DNA of 64,000 nucleotides from Treponemataceae bacterium (GTDB taxonomy: Bacteria > Spirochaetota > Spirochaetia > Treponematales > Rectinemataceae): NCBI GenBank assembly GCA_963678065.2, contig CAXXVZ010000005.1, positions 864,001 to 928,000 of the forward strand. The letters are read 5' to 3'. Under the pieces are notes generated by a model. That model saw nothing but the letters and a program-made list of their open reading frames with translations. It was not told where the DNA came from and ran no database searches. Position 1 is the first letter of the stretch. Each line of letters begins with the position of its first letter. The translations under genes were made by a program, and so were the position numbers. Positions 1 to 11,557 of the stretch are shown one piece after another.

Positions 1-757
1 TTGCGACGATGGCGCGAGCATCGGCGAACGCCATTGTGCCTGAGCGGAATGAGCGACAGCGAGTGGAGCGAATGGCCGAAGAGGGAGCCTGCGACCGATG
101 AGCGTGAACAGCGCTGTTAGTTGCAGTCGTGACCTTCAAGCGCGCTTGGATGGGGAGACTTGTCTCCTCATCCAATACTCTATCTTGCGCGCGTTCTTCT
201 CTTCCTCTTTTCTTAACCCTTATTTTTTTTCACGATTGCAACTAACGTTCTGCCTGTTTGCGACGATGGCGTGAGCATCGGCGAACGCCATTGTGCCTGA
301 GCGGAATGAGCAAAGCGAGTGTAGCGAATGGCCGAAGAGGGAGCCTGCGACCGATGAGCGTGAACAGCGCTGTTAGTTGCAGTCGTGACCTTCGAGCGCG
401 CTTGGATGAGGAGACTTGTCTCCCCATCCAATACTCTATCTTGCGCGCGTTCTTCTCTTCCTCTTTTCTTACCCTTATTTTTTTCTTTCACGATTGCAAC
501 TAACGTTCTGCCTGTTTGCGACGATGGCGCGAGCATCGGCGAGCGCCATTGTGCCTGAGCGGAATGAGCGCATGCGAGTGCAGCGAATAGCCGAAGAGGG
601 AGCCTGCGACCGATGAGCGTGAACAGCGCTGTTAGTTGCAGTCGTGACCTTCGAGCGCGCTTGGATGGGGAGACTTGTCTCCTCATCCAATACTATATCT
701 TGCGCGCGTTCTTCTCTTCCTCTTCTCTTACCCTTATTTTTCTCTTTCACGATTGCA
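1..757 (-). repeat. Small gene-less structured cassette (SNC), 3 tandem copies
   Basis: ~258 bp unit: a dedicated attC subtype plus a ~115 bp body AGTCGTGACC...TCACGATT. The first attC is truncated by the window edge. Confidence 0.9.
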
Positions 758-890
758 ACTAACGTTTCCGGCCTACGACGTTTGCGACCGCACAGGCGGG
801 CGCAAATGTGCCTGAGCGGAATGAGCGAATGCGAGTGAAGCGATGGCCGAAGAAGGAGCCGAAGGCGACTGATGAGCGTGGGCCGTGTTG

Positions 891-1892
891 TTATGCGCAG
901 TTATTTTTGAATATGTCATTAATAATATCAATCACTTCATTACTAAAACTATTTTGCTGATCTTCATTTATTATTATTTCCTTTTTTATTTTTACATAAA
1001 TCCAATCACTATCTTCGCAATACTCAAATCTCGAAGTATCAATATTCCAATTTTCATTTAGTGTATCTTTTTTCAGAGCGACACTAAGTATATATTCCCA
1101 ATATTGTGCGCCTTTATCTACCAAATTTAAATTCAAACCAATAAATATATCATCATTTTTTTTATACTTAATATATCGTCCTTTCGTTGTATCATCATAA
1201 AAATCATTAGCCCATGTTGATAACTCGAAATCCGATCCGATACCATCAATAATCATTTTCCCCGACTTCTCGACCAATTGAATAATCTTACACATAACCT
1301 TTAAAGATTCATGAATATCTTTTGGATTATAAAGCATAGCAACCTCATAAGGTGAAAGGATGGTATCAATTGATGATTTTATTATTAATTCTGATAACAG
1401 GTTTAGTGCTTCAGCTATAATATAAGAATCTTTTTGTAGATCATAACTGAACAAATATCTAATTAGGTCGTCCCAAATTACAATTTTAATAAACGAATAT
1501 TTTAATTTCGCATTTTCAATCTTATCTAGATGTTTATAGTTTTTAGGCAAAATAAATATTTGTCCTTTATAAGGCTTTTTACTATTTATTACCATTTCTG
1601 GATAACTATATATTTGATTGTCCTGCAATGGAGTGTCGATTCGAATTTTGTTTTCAATTAAGTAATAAGCTTTGCTATTAGTAATTACCAAATCAGGAAT
1701 GCCAGTATTATACCTTATCTGAGTAGAACAATGATTTAAATCTATAGAATCAATAGCATTCATATCTATTTTTAAATATGAAAATAATATATCTCTAAAA
1801 TATCTATATTTCAAAAGATTACATAAAATCTCTGTAGATGTATTTTCATCTTCTTTTGTTAGCCCATAAAATATTGATGTAGACCTATTCAT
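891..1892 (-). CDS. PD-(D/E)XK nuclease superfamily protein
   Basis: 333 aa; motif IPDLVI...YLIENKI; stop codon lies in attC R''. Confidence 0.75.
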   Translation of the reverse strand: MNRSTSIFYGLTKEDENTSTEILCNLLKYRYFRDILFSYLKIDMNAIDSIDLNHCSTQIRYNTGIPDLVITNSKAYYLIENKIRIDTPLQDNQIYSYPEMVINSKKPYKGQIFILPKNYKHLDKIENAKLKYSFIKIVIWDDLIRYLFSYDLQKDSYIIAEALNLLSELIIKSSIDTILSPYEVAMLYNPKDIHESLKVMCKIIQLVEKSGKMIIDGIGSDFELSTWANDFYDDTTKGRYIKYKKNDDIFIGLNLNLVDKGAQYWEYILSVALKKDTLNENWNIDTSRFEYCEDSDWIYVKIKKEIIINEDQQNSFSNEVIDIINDIFKNNCA

Positions 1893-2069
1893 ATAATATA
1901 TATATATCCTTCAAAAATAATTGCGCATAACGTTCGCCTGCCTACGACGTTGTGGCGAGCATCGGCGAGCCACAATGTGCCTGAGCAGAATGAGCGATAG
2001 CGAGTGCAGCGAAGGCCGAAGAAGGAGCCGATAGGCGACTGATGAGCGTGGGCAGTGCTGTTAGCCGCT

Positions 2070-2795
2070 TTAGCAAAAGATCCTATCCATATCCCCATTC
2101 TCTGATACTTTTTCTTTTTCTATCTTTCCGTTATTCCCATATACTATATACGCATTTTTACTTTTATCACTTCGGATTATCTGATAGCGATTATTCTCAA
2201 GTACCAATGCACAATTGTCTTCAATCCCAAGAACTTTTTTGTCATGTGTCTTCATAAACTCTATAAACTTTCCTTCCTGCTCTCGCGCGTTAAGATGAGG
2301 ACTATGACATCCACGCATTAGTCCAAGTCCATTTATATATGAATAATTCCATCCATCAGTATTTCCAAAACTTTCTGTATCACTAACTCCATACTCAAAC
2401 CAACATACTGATCCTGCACTTAATCCACTTAAAATAGTCCCTTTTTGAGATGCTTTTACTAGTAAATCTTGTATCCCATATTTTCTCCAAATATCCAACA
2501 TCATTTTCGTATCACCACCACCAACATATATAATATCTGCCATTTTTATTTTTGTTTCTATTTCACAATCATCAATATTTCTGTCCTTTAAACATAACAC
2601 ATCACAGTTACAGCCAAGTTTCTTACCATATACTTCTTGCACAGTCTGAATATATCCTTCCGGTTCTCCACTGGCTGTAGGAATAAAAAGATGGTGAGGA
2701 GATTTCTTTGAACACTTTTCGACAATATAACTATCGATCTCGAATGTTTCACCTGTGCGGATTTCTCCTCCACCAATGGCAATGATTATACTCAT
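2070..2795 (-). CDS. Peptidase E / peptidase S51 family
   Basis: 241 aa; motifs IAIGGG, FIPTAS, IYVGGGDT, GLSAGS; GAGG RBS. Confidence 0.9.
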   Translation of the reverse strand: MSIIIAIGGGEIRTGETFEIDSYIVEKCSKKSPHHLFIPTASGEPEGYIQTVQEVYGKKLGCNCDVLCLKDRNIDDCEIETKIKMADIIYVGGGDTKMMLDIWRKYGIQDLLVKASQKGTILSGLSAGSVCWFEYGVSDTESFGNTDGWNYSYINGLGLMRGCHSPHLNAREQEGKFIEFMKTHDKKVLGIEDNCALVLENNRYQIIRSDKSKNAYIVYGNNGKIEKEKVSENGDMDRIFC

Positions 2796-2828
2796 GTGGA
2801 ACTATTCCTCTCCATCTTTTGCTATTGC

Positions 2829-3085
2829 GGCTAACGTTCTGCCTGTTTACGACGATGGCGTGAGCATCGGCGAGCGCCATTGTGCCTGAGCGGAATGAGC
2901 GCATGCGAGTGCAGCGATGGCCGAAGAGGGAGCCTGCGACCGATGAGCGTGAACAGCGCTGTTAGTTGCAGTCGTGACCTTCGAGCGCGCTTGGATGGGG
3001 AGACTTGTCTCTCCATCCAATACTATATCTTGCGCGCGTTCTTCTCTTCCTCTTCTCTTACCCTTATTTTTTCTTTCACGATTGC
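2829..3085 (-). repeat. SNC, 1 copy
   Basis: Same ~258 bp unit. Confidence 0.9.
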
Positions 3086-3226
3086 AACTAACGTTCGCCT
3101 GCCTACGACGTTGTGGCGAGCATCGGCGAGCCACAATGTGCCTGAGCGGAATGAGCGCATGCGAGTGGAGCGATGGCCGAAGAAGGAGCCGATAGGCGAC
3201 TGATGAGCGTGGGCAGTGCTGTTAGG
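3086..3226 (-). repeat. attC: Representative attC site, major subtype
   Basis: + strand reads ACTAACGTTCGCC-TGCCTACG...CGTGGGCA-GTGCT-GTTAGGC. R and L boxes are complementary, with an internal hairpin TTGTGGCGAGC-ATCG-GCGAGCCACAA. Confidence 0.9.
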
Positions 3227-3257
3227 CGCTGGCTTTGCTCTTATTAAGATATACAAC

Positions 3258-4604
3258 CTACAATTTTAATCTCTCAGATATAACACTAGCCAGAAGATCA
3301 ACCATATCAATAAATACTGTTTTATCATTAATATCTTTCTTATTTATTAAGTTTCTTATAGCTTTTTCTTTCTGTGTATAATAATATTCTTGATTATTTA
3401 TTTCCCGTAGAGAATTAAAAGTCTGTCCAATATTCATTAACAATGCGGGGCTATCTTTAAAAAGGCTTAAATAATTCGTTGTGTTCCCAAAACCAGAAAT
3501 AAAGCTAACAATATTAAGCGCAAATGATACTGAAATACTACCAAGTTGTTTCGCTTGCTTTAACGCCCTATGTTTCATATGTTTAGGCAATTCTTCTTGA
3601 ATTTGGACTCTAAAAGTATTATCAAGATCTTTTCTAATTGTTTCCAATTCATTTATACTAAATATCTTACTAAATTCATTTAAATGTATTTTGTTTATTC
3701 CGCTAATTAAGTCATTGTATTTTAATTGGAATTTTGATTCTAACAACGGCTTTCGTATTTGTATAATATCATGAAACGATAAATTATCAATAATGCCATA
3801 AGAAACCATATATTTCTGCAATGAATCACATACATATTCAATTAATAATTTTGATAATATCTGATCTTCAGACAACCTTGATCTTTTTTGTGTAAGATCA
3901 GTAATATCATAATCAATATAATTCTCCTGAGGTAAGGCACTTTCACAGTTTACTACTCGGGCACCAGAAATATGATATAATAATTCTCTAGATATTTGTA
4001 TTATTGTTCTCTCTTTCGTTGATAAATCTCGTGTACAATCATCAATAAGACCTCGATCTAAAACATTGCTATTTTTAATTTTATTACATATACTTGTTAT
4101 TTTATCTTGATTCCTAATGGAAATATGACTTCGTACTACAGATTTCTCATCATTTAACTCTTCTAAAAATCTTTCTTTAAACCAACTAGAGTTTTCTTCT
4201 AATGGCCAGTCAACTGTCTTTACTATATTGTCTTTATAAAATTGTATGGCATTGTTTTTGTTTTCAAACTCTTTGTTTTGAAATATTTCAGAAATATCAT
4301 CTTTATCTGACCGAAGAGCAGGAATAATTATTCCTGTATTTAGCAACTCAGGATTTTCTTTAAAAAATTGATATACAAAATCTGAGGCTAAATGCGAAGC
4401 AGCAAATATGATATTACTTTTTACTAACAATAATGCTTTTATTTTTCTTTCACCATTTCTTTTTAGCTTTTCTAAATCAACTGTTCTATCAATGATTCTG
4501 TGATCAAAATCAGTAAAATATGCACGCGGACCATTCAAAGTCCTAGGATCTATTCGATACATAGCATTTACCTCATTTTTGTCTTTGCTTCTTGTTTTAA
4601 ACAT
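3258..4604 (-). CDS. Hypothetical protein
   Basis: 448 aa AT-rich ORF filling a cassette; the start may be the downstream Met (MYRIDP). Confidence 0.8.
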   Translation of the reverse strand: MFKTRSKDKNEVNAMYRIDPRTLNGPRAYFTDFDHRIIDRTVDLEKLKRNGERKIKALLLVKSNIIFAASHLASDFVYQFFKENPELLNTGIIIPALRSDKDDISEIFQNKEFENKNNAIQFYKDNIVKTVDWPLEENSSWFKERFLEELNDEKSVVRSHISIRNQDKITSICNKIKNSNVLDRGLIDDCTRDLSTKERTIIQISRELLYHISGARVVNCESALPQENYIDYDITDLTQKRSRLSEDQILSKLLIEYVCDSLQKYMVSYGIIDNLSFHDIIQIRKPLLESKFQLKYNDLISGINKIHLNEFSKIFSINELETIRKDLDNTFRVQIQEELPKHMKHRALKQAKQLGSISVSFALNIVSFISGFGNTTNYLSLFKDSPALLMNIGQTFNSLREINNQEYYYTQKEKAIRNLINKKDINDKTVFIDMVDLLASVISERLKL

Positions 4605-4781
4605 TTAGCCAAGAGCAAAGCTTGCGCCTAACGTTCGCCTGCCTACGACGTTGTGGCGAGCATCGGCGAGCCACAATGTGCCTGAATGGAACGAGCGCAT
4701 GCGAGTGCAATGAAGGCCGAAGAAGGAGCCAAAGGCGACTGATGAGCGTGGGCAGCGCTGTTATGCGAAGGATGACAATCT

Positions 4782-5657
4782 TCACAAGGGCGTTTTATTA
4801 TGCATTTTAGTCTTATTTTCTTTTATATGTTTGATCAATTCATCTAGTTCGTCTTCATCTATAGAAGGAGGAATATTAAATTTAGATACATCAAATATTT
4901 TCCATTTTTCAAGATTAAATTTATTTCCATTTATTTTATAATTTCTTCCTAAATCGTAAATATTTGAATCAAATATTTCTAGATTAAAATTTTCGAAGTT
5001 ATCCTTCAACCTAAAATAGTCGATTGATATAATGAAAACTAAAGAAATATTTTGAATTAAAAAATACACGTACACAACAAAATAGAAAAATATGCACATT
5101 AATAATATCTGAAATTTTAATTCCGGAGATATTTTAATCGTATCCAAATAAAACAATAAATATATTATATTTATAATTAAAACACTTAATTGCAAGACAT
5201 AATATACTGTTGTTTTCCATTTTTTATCTGTATGAACATTCCAAAGTTTTTTTAAATATATGGTCTTTTTTTGAAATAATTTTATAGCAATTAATCCACA
5301 ACAAGAAATAGTACAACTTAAAATTACTCCTAATAATGTTATCCCATTAAACATTAAAACGCTAAATAAAATCATCATAGAAATAATTATCATCAGAAAA
5401 GCAATAAAAATGAATGAATATACAAATTGTGATAATTTTATTATTAAATCACCGATCAATATTGCAAAGGTATCTTTTTTAAATTCAACATCGTCTAAGT
5501 TTTTTATATAAACAATTGGTTCTGAAAATTTTGGTCTCAAAATCGTAAATAAATATACTAATAGTATAAAAAGAAAACCTAATACCGTAAAACTAGAGTT
5601 CAGTATTACTGAAAATAGGTTTTGAAGATAAACTGTCTTTGGATCGAATAATGTCAT
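4782..5657 (-). CDS. Multi-pass membrane protein, hypothetical
   Basis: 291 aa with several hydrophobic segments; second gene of the glycosyltransferase cassette. Confidence 0.7.
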   Translation of the reverse strand: MTLFDPKTVYLQNLFSVILNSSFTVLGFLFILLVYLFTILRPKFSEPIVYIKNLDDVEFKKDTFAILIGDLIIKLSQFVYSFIFIAFLMIIISMMILFSVLMFNGITLLGVILSCTISCCGLIAIKLFQKKTIYLKKLWNVHTDKKWKTTVYYVLQLSVLIINIIYLLFYLDTIKISPELKFQILLMCIFFYFVVYVYFLIQNISLVFIISIDYFRLKDNFENFNLEIFDSNIYDLGRNYKINGNKFNLEKWKIFDVSKFNIPPSIDEDELDELIKHIKENKTKMHNKTPL

Positions 5658-6374
5658 TTTTGTACCCCAACAAATTATGTATATTCATAATCATACACTC
5701 GATAAGTAAATACTTTAGTATTTTTAACCCGTCTACAAATATTTTTAGTTTTGAAATTCCTTTTCTTTCTTCATAAATTGAATATAATTCTTTATATTTT
5801 AGATATTTATATCTATTTGCCATTATTTTTATTTCTGAAGAAAACTCCATTTCGGTTGTTTTATATTTTAAAGATTTGAATACATTATACTTAAAAATGT
5901 ACATACCAGATTGAGAATCTTTCAGCTTCAAAGAAAACAATATGTTTATAATACTTGTAACCATCATATTGCCATAATAGTTTATTTTTTTCATAGATTT
6001 TTATTTATTAATGGAAACCTTGACAAACAAAGGAAATCAATATTTTCAGAAATAATTTTGTCTAAATAACTATGTAATTTTGACAATGAATATGTCCCAT
6101 CTCCATCTATAATTATGACATAATCAGATTGCACTGATACACTTTCTATTCCTTTCCTACATGCATTACCATATCCGTTGTTTTTTTCTTCAACTATTAC
6201 AAAATTATATTTTCTAGCCACTGATTTGGTCTTATCGACAGAATTATTATCAATGACAATAATCTCGTCTATGCATTTTGGTATTTGCGACCCAATATAA
6301 TCAAGTCCTAATTCTTCATTTTTACACGGTATAACAAGGCTAATAAATAAATTGTTATACAACATATCCTCCAT
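5593..6374 (-). pseudogene. Glycosyltransferase family 2 (DPM1-like), frameshifted
   Basis: N-half (5991-6374) has ISLVIPCKNEE, IDNNSVD, IIDGDGTY. C-half (5593-5994) has DSQSGM and YEERKGISKL. Adding one A to the A5 run near 6000 joins them as ...INKKSMKKINY... Confidence 0.8.
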
Positions 6375-6404
6375 TTGGTATTGGTTGCTATTTTGTCATC
6401 TTTC

Positions 6405-6662
6405 GCATAACGTTCTGCCTGTTTGCGACGATGGCGTGAGCATCGGCGAGCGCCATTGTGCCTGAGCGGAATGAGCGTATGCGAGTGGAGCGATGGCCGA
6501 AGAGGGAGCTTGCGACCGATGAGCGTGAACAGCGCTGTTAGTTGCAGTCGTGACCTTCGAGCGCGCTTGGATGGGGAGACTTGTCTCCTCATCCAATACT
6601 CTATCTTGCGCGCGTTCTTCTCTTCCTCTTCTCTTACCCTTATTTTTTTCTTTCACGATTGC
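6405..6662 (-). repeat. SNC, 1 copy
   Basis: Same unit. Confidence 0.9.
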
Positions 6663-6883
6663 AACTAACGTTTGCCTGCCTACGACGTTGTGGCGAGCAT
6701 CGGCGAGCCACAATGTGCCTGAATGGAACGAGCTCATGCGAGTGCAATGAAGGCCGAAGAAGGAGCCGACAGGCGACTGATGAGCGTGGGCAGTGCTGTT
6801 AGCCGATGTGCCCCGCTCTCCCATTGTTACACTTTTCACATTTTCATTTACAAAATATACTTTTTATATACTATCTTTAGTTC

Positions 6884-7144
6884 TTAATTTTGCTCTATCA
6901 ATTTCCCATTCACATACTTATGAAGAATACTTGCCACAAGTGTCTGATACGGAATCCCTTCTTCCAATGCCTTTGTCTTAAGCCCATCCAAATCCTTTTT
7001 CGCGATTCGGATATTCATTCGTTGATCTTTTAACATCGTATTTTTTGCGGCTTCTTGTAATTGCTTAGTAAGCTCTTTTCTATTTTTTACACTTTTCCAC
7101 TCATCATTCTCTATCGAATTAAGGAGGTCCATTTCTTCTACCAT
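6884..7144 (-). CDS. Antitoxin, CopG/RHH-like (BrnA-like)
   Basis: 86 aa; RMNIRI...KALEEGIPYQTLVASILHKY; directly downstream of a BrnT-like toxin. Confidence 0.8.
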   Translation of the reverse strand: MVEEMDLLNSIENDEWKSVKNRKELTKQLQEAAKNTMLKDQRMNIRIAKKDLDGLKTKALEEGIPYQTLVASILHKYVNGKLIEQN

Positions 7145-7146
7145 TT

Positions 7147-7428
7147 CTATTTCCTCCTCTTTCCAGGAAAATATTTATCGGTATATTTCCTACTCGGAAA
7201 AATTGTCTTCATAAAATACCCTTGTTCTGTACATACCACAGGCACCACATATGCATAATCATCTATTCCTACAATGATTAATAATTGATTATTGTATTGT
7301 TCCGTATTTGGATGTTCTAAAACATCCACTATTCCTCCTTCTTCTATCGCAATGACGATTCTTTCGAATCCTATGCTTCGTTCTTTCTTGAGCTGAAGAT
7401 TTTTTTCTTCGTTCCAGTCAAAAACCAT
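7147..7428 (-). CDS. BrnT-like ribonuclease toxin
   Basis: 93 aa; FDWNEEKN...RSIGFE, EHPN, KTIFPSRK. Confidence 0.8.
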   Translation of the reverse strand: MVFDWNEEKNLQLKKERSIGFERIVIAIEEGGIVDVLEHPNTEQYNNQLLIIVGIDDYAYVVPVVCTEQGYFMKTIFPSRKYTDKYFPGKRRK

Positions 7429-7434
7429 ATTCTA

Positions 7435-7463
7435 AAACTAGACCAATGTGTGCCTTTTGTCAA
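7435..7463 (-). promoter_or_regulatory. Sigma70-type promoter, leaderless architecture
   Basis: TTGACA-17 bp-TAGTTT-6 bp-ATG(7428). Confidence 0.65.
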
Positions 7464-7674
7464 TACATGCATTTCTTTTTTTGCATGGCTTTGAAAGCAA
7501 CCCATCGCATATCTTGTCTTCATCTTGGCGGGGCATTTCGGCTAACGTTCGCCTGCCTACGACGTTGTGGCGAGCATCGGCGAGCCACAATGTGCCTGAG
7601 CGGAATGAGCGACAGCGAGTGCAGCGATGGCCGAAGAAGGAGCCGCAGGCGACTGATGAGCGTGGGCCGTGCTG

Positions 7675-8082
7675 TTAGCCGATGTTTATCGCGCTCTTCC
7701 CTTCACCCATTTTTTTGATCTTATTCTCTACCCATTTTACACAATACTCGGAAACCTTTACTGCATCATGATATTCTTGTTCACTGACGGGAGTATATTC
7801 CCCTGGATATCGTGTTTGTACCGCATAATCATTGAGAATCACAACATCTTTCAGTTCATGTGGTAGTTCAGAATATTTAGCTACTTCTCCCAATAAGGTC
7901 ACCATATTATGAATTTTAGGTGCTTCAACATCATGGAATAACAGAAATGCCTTAATCGCTTTTTCTGCTGCTTGTTGTGCCTGAAAACATAAATCTTCAC
8001 GACATATTTCATCAGATACTACTATTTTAGCTAAAGCAAGATTGCTTTTTGCCCGAAGAAGCCATTCCGCATGATTACTCAT
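7675..8082 (-). CDS. HEPN domain protein (MNT-HEPN toxin)
   Basis: CFQAQQAAEKAIKA, PKIHNM, YAVQTRYPG; start overlaps the stop of the upstream MNT gene. Confidence 0.85.
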   Translation of the reverse strand: MSNHAEWLLRAKSNLALAKIVVSDEICREDLCFQAQQAAEKAIKAFLLFHDVEAPKIHNMVTLLGEVAKYSELPHELKDVVILNDYAVQTRYPGEYTPVSEQEYHDAVKVSEYCVKWVENKIKKMGEGKSAINIG

Positions 8083-8395
8083 ACACAACAACACCTTCTC
8101 GTGCGATTGTTTTGTAAATCATTCCTGTTTCAAATTTCAATTTCTCATATTTGTCCGTATCAACCGCAATAAGGTCTATCGGGATTCCAATATTTTCAGT
8201 TACTAACATTCTATATACTTTTTGAGTAATTTCTCGTTCGTTCGTTATGTTATTTTTAAGAATGAGAAGATCATAATCGCTATTCTCGGAATTATCGCCA
8301 CGTGCCCTGGACCCAAACAAGATCACTTTGTATGGATGTACTGATTGAGCAATGACTTCCACAGCACGTCCCAGTTGTCCAACGGCAGCTTTCAT
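8075..8395 (-). CDS. Minimal nucleotidyltransferase (MNT antitoxin)
   Basis: 106 aa; LFGSRARGD...SDYDLL. Confidence 0.9.
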   Translation of the reverse strand: MKAAVGQLGRAVEVIAQSVHPYKVILFGSRARGDNSENSDYDLLILKNNITNEREITQKVYRMLVTENIGIPIDLIAVDTDKYEKLKFETGMIYKTIAREGVVVYE

Positions 8396-8453
8396 AACTC
8401 CATTGTATCCTATGGTTTACCGAAAAACCAGATATCTCCGCGCGATAAATTTC

Positions 8454-8710
8454 GGCTAACGTTTTGCCTGTTTGCGACGATGGCGCGAGCATCGGCGAGC
8501 GCCATTGTGCCTGAGCGGAATGAGCGCATGCGAGTGCAGCGATGGCCGAAGAGGGAGCTTGCGACCGATGAGCGTGAACAGCGCTGTTAGTTGCAGTCGT
8601 GACCTTCGAGCGCGCTTGGATGGGGAGACTTGTCTCCTCATCCAATGCTATATCTTGCGCGCGTTCTTCTCTTCCTCTTCTCTTAACCCTTATTTTTTTT
8701 TCACGATTGC
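8454..8710 (-). repeat. SNC, 1 copy
   Basis: Same unit. Confidence 0.9.
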
Positions 8711-8875
8711 AACTAACGTTCGCCTGCCTACGACGTTGTGGCGAGCATCGGCGAGCCACAATGTGCCTGAGCGGAATGAGCGCATGCGAGTGCAGCGATG
8801 GCCGAAGAAGGAGCCGATAGGCGACTGATGAGCGTGGGCAGTGCTGTTATGTGAAGTTTCCCCCGATCTTCAACC

Positions 8876-9328
8876 CTATTCCTTTATCTTTTCCTGTTTT
8901 TTATCTTTTATCTCATGCTTCATGATTTCCAAATATTCTTCTGCATTTACTATACTCATCTCCTTTCCAACATAATCATCCCCATTTCTTGTTATCAAAA
9001 CACTGATGCCATGTTCAAGTGCTGCATAATATTGTATTGCATCTTCTAGATCTTTGAACTTCGATGCCAATACCAAATCTATTATTTTTTCATCAACATT
9101 CACTAGTTTGGTTAATAATCTTAATTTTCGAAGATGCAGCAAGGCTAGTTCTTGCCCTAACCCTTTTTTCACTATGTAATACAAATTTGAAAATATCACA
9201 GGACTGATATACGCTTCAATTTTTCCCTTTTCTGCCAGTGAGAATAGTGTTGCTGCCGCTGGATAAAATGGCTGACGTTTCAGAAACATATCCAGGATGA
9301 TATCCGTATCGATAAATACCTTATTCAT
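8876..9328 (-). CDS. PIN domain toxin
   Basis: 150 aa; VFIDTDIILD, DLEDAIQY, LITRN. Confidence 0.88.
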   Translation of the reverse strand: MNKVFIDTDIILDMFLKRQPFYPAAATLFSLAEKGKIEAYISPVIFSNLYYIVKKGLGQELALLHLRKLRLLTKLVNVDEKIIDLVLASKFKDLEDAIQYYAALEHGISVLITRNGDDYVGKEMSIVNAEEYLEIMKHEIKDKKQEKIKE

Positions 9329-9570
9329 TTGTATTTATCCGTGAGATAGTCCACATATCCATCATCCATTGCCGAAATATCCACAGCATCAAGAATTCCA
9401 GATAATTCCATAACCAGAGGCGAATAGTGGGGTTCAGTTTTATCTTCAAGCGCAAGGATCTTGAAGTAGTCCTCAACTAATCGGGAAAGACTTCGTTTCC
9501 GTTTTTGAGCATATACTTTGGCGGTTTCTATTACTGTTTGATCCAGTTTGAGCGTCAGTTTTGTTTCCAT
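9325..9570 (-). CDS. Antitoxin (DUF6364-like, RHH)
   Basis: 81 aa; TKLTLKLD...AKVYA...SLSRLVEDYF; ATGA overlap with the PIN gene. Confidence 0.8.
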   Translation of the reverse strand: METKLTLKLDQTVIETAKVYAQKRKRSLSRLVEDYFKILALEDKTEPHYSPLVMELSGILDAVDISAMDDGYVDYLTDKYK

Positions 9571-9580
9571 ACATTACCTC

Positions 9581-9619
9581 AATACGTATAATACTAATAA
9601 ATAAAATACGTATTGTCAA
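9581..9619 (-). promoter_or_regulatory. Promoter with two palindromic operators
   Basis: TTGACA-17 bp-TAGTAT; AATACGTATT at 9605-9614 and AATACGTATA at 9581-9590. Confidence 0.65.
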
Positions 9620-9653
9620 TATCTTTCTCGTACTCTCTCTCGGGGGAAATTTC

Positions 9654-10168
9654 ACATAACGTTCTGCCTGTTTGCGACGATGGCGTGAGCATCGGCGAGC
9701 GCCATTGTGCCTGAGCGGAATGAGCGCATGCGAGTGCATGCGAATGGCCGAAGAGGGAGCCTGCGACCGATGAGCGTGAACAGCGCTGTTAGTTGCAGTC
9801 GTGACCTTCGAGCGCGCTTGGATGGGGAGACTTGTCTCCTCATCCAATGCTATATCTTGCGCGCGTTCTTCTCTTCCTCTTCTCTTACCCTTATTTTTTC
9901 TTTCACGATTGCAACTAACGTTCTGCCTGTTTGCGACGATGGCGCGAGCATCGGCGAGCGCCATTGTGCCTGAGCGGAATGAGCAAAGCGAGTGCAGCGA
10001 TGGCCGAAGAGGGAGCCTGCGACCGATGAGCGTGAACAGCGCTGTTAGTTGCAGTCGTGACCTTCGAGCGCGCTTGGATGGGGAGACTTGTCTCCCCATC
10101 CAATACTATATCTTGCGCGCGTTCTTCTCTTCCTCTTCTCTTACCCTTATTTTTTCTTTCACGATTGC
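9654..10168 (-). repeat. SNC, 2 tandem copies
   Basis: Same unit. Confidence 0.9.
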
Positions 10169-10301
10169 AACTAACGTTTCCGGCCTGCGACGTTTTGGCC
10201 CGCACAGGCGGGACAAAATGTGCCTGAATGGAACGAGCGAATGCGAGTGCAATGAAGGCCGAAGAAGGAGCCAAAGGCGACTGATGAGCGTGGGCCGCGG
10301 T

Positions 10302-10885
10302 GTTAGTTGCTGTGTTTGGGGGGCTCTTTTTCTTCCATTTTTTAAAACGTTTTCTCTTCTCTTACCCTGAGATCTTCATTCTCATAACTCTATAACCGAT
10401 ACTTTCAGAGCATTTATTTTATAGAGTTCTGAATCTTCAACTGTATAAATTGATTTTCCCTCTTTTTCTTTAAAATTCTCAAAACCTTTTTTTTAAATCT
10501 TCTACCATATTCCATAAATATTTTACCTGAAAACAAATATGCCTGATTCCTGTTTCAGAATCTTCATTTTTAAAGATCCCATTTTTTTAATTTTTGAGTT
10601 TGTAACTCGATTATACAATCATTGAGTTGTAGCCAGGTATTATTCGCTCTTCCATGAAATCCTGTAGTCTCATGAAGAATCTTAAATCCCAACATCTCAT
10701 ATTACTATGATATATTTTCATTATATCTATCAGTTTCTATGCAGACAGATAAAATGACTCAATCATTGAAGTTTCTCGAAAAATATCTTTTCTCTTGATC
10801 CCATATTCCCATGAGATATTTATAGCAAACAAAAATGATCTCACTCAGGATGCAAAATTTCCGCCCCCCAAATATTGCAACTAAC
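10302..10885 (-). other. Long gene-less cassette, family L1 copy 1
   Basis: ~580 bp between attC sites with no credible ORF; near-identical to 50193-50776. Confidence 0.75.
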
Positions 10886-11394
10886 GTTCTGCCTGTTTGC
10901 GACGATGGCGTGAGCATCGGCGAACGCCATTGTGCCTGAGCGGAATGAGCAGAGCGAGTGCAGCGATGGCCGAAGAGGGAGCCTGCGACCGATGAGCGTG
11001 AACAGCGCTGTTAGTTGCAGTCGTGACCTTCGAGCGCGCTTGGATGGGGAGACTTGTCTCCTCATCCAATACTCTATCTTGCGCGCGTTCTTCTCTTCCT
11101 CTTCTCTTACCCTTATCTTTTTCTTTCACGATTGCAACTAACGTTCTGCCTGTTTGCGACGATGGCGTGAGCATCGGCGAGCGCCATTGTGCCTGAGCGG
11201 AATGAGCGCATGCGAGTGTAGCGATGGCCGAAGAGGGAGCCTGCGACCGATGAGCGTGAACAGCGCTGTTAGTTGCAGTCGTGACCTTCGAGCGCGCTTG
11301 GATGGGGAGACTTGTCTCCTCATCCAATACTCTATCTTGCGCGCGTTCTTCTCTTTCTCTTTTCTTAACCCTTATTTTTCTCTTTCACGATTGC
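10879..11394 (-). repeat. SNC, 2 tandem copies
   Basis: Same unit. Confidence 0.9.
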
Positions 11395-11557
11395 AACTAA
11401 CGTTTGCCTGCCTACGACGTTGTGGCGAGCATCGGCGAGCCACAATGTGCCTGAGCGGAACGAGCGCAAGCGAGTGCAGCGATGGCCGAAGAAGGAGCCG
11501 CAGGCGACTGATGAGCGTGGGCAGTGCTGTTAGCGGCTGTTTTGCTGCGCTCTTCTC

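Noticed and set aside
402..431. Inversion of the SNC hairpin in copy 2 (A in the left arm instead of T in the right arm)
   Set aside because: The loop is still TT, not AA, so it is not a simple inversion. A point change or template switch is enough to explain it.
381..497. SNC as a micropeptide gene ending at the R'' TAA
   Set aside because: That frame has an internal TGA in many copies and no conserved start codon.
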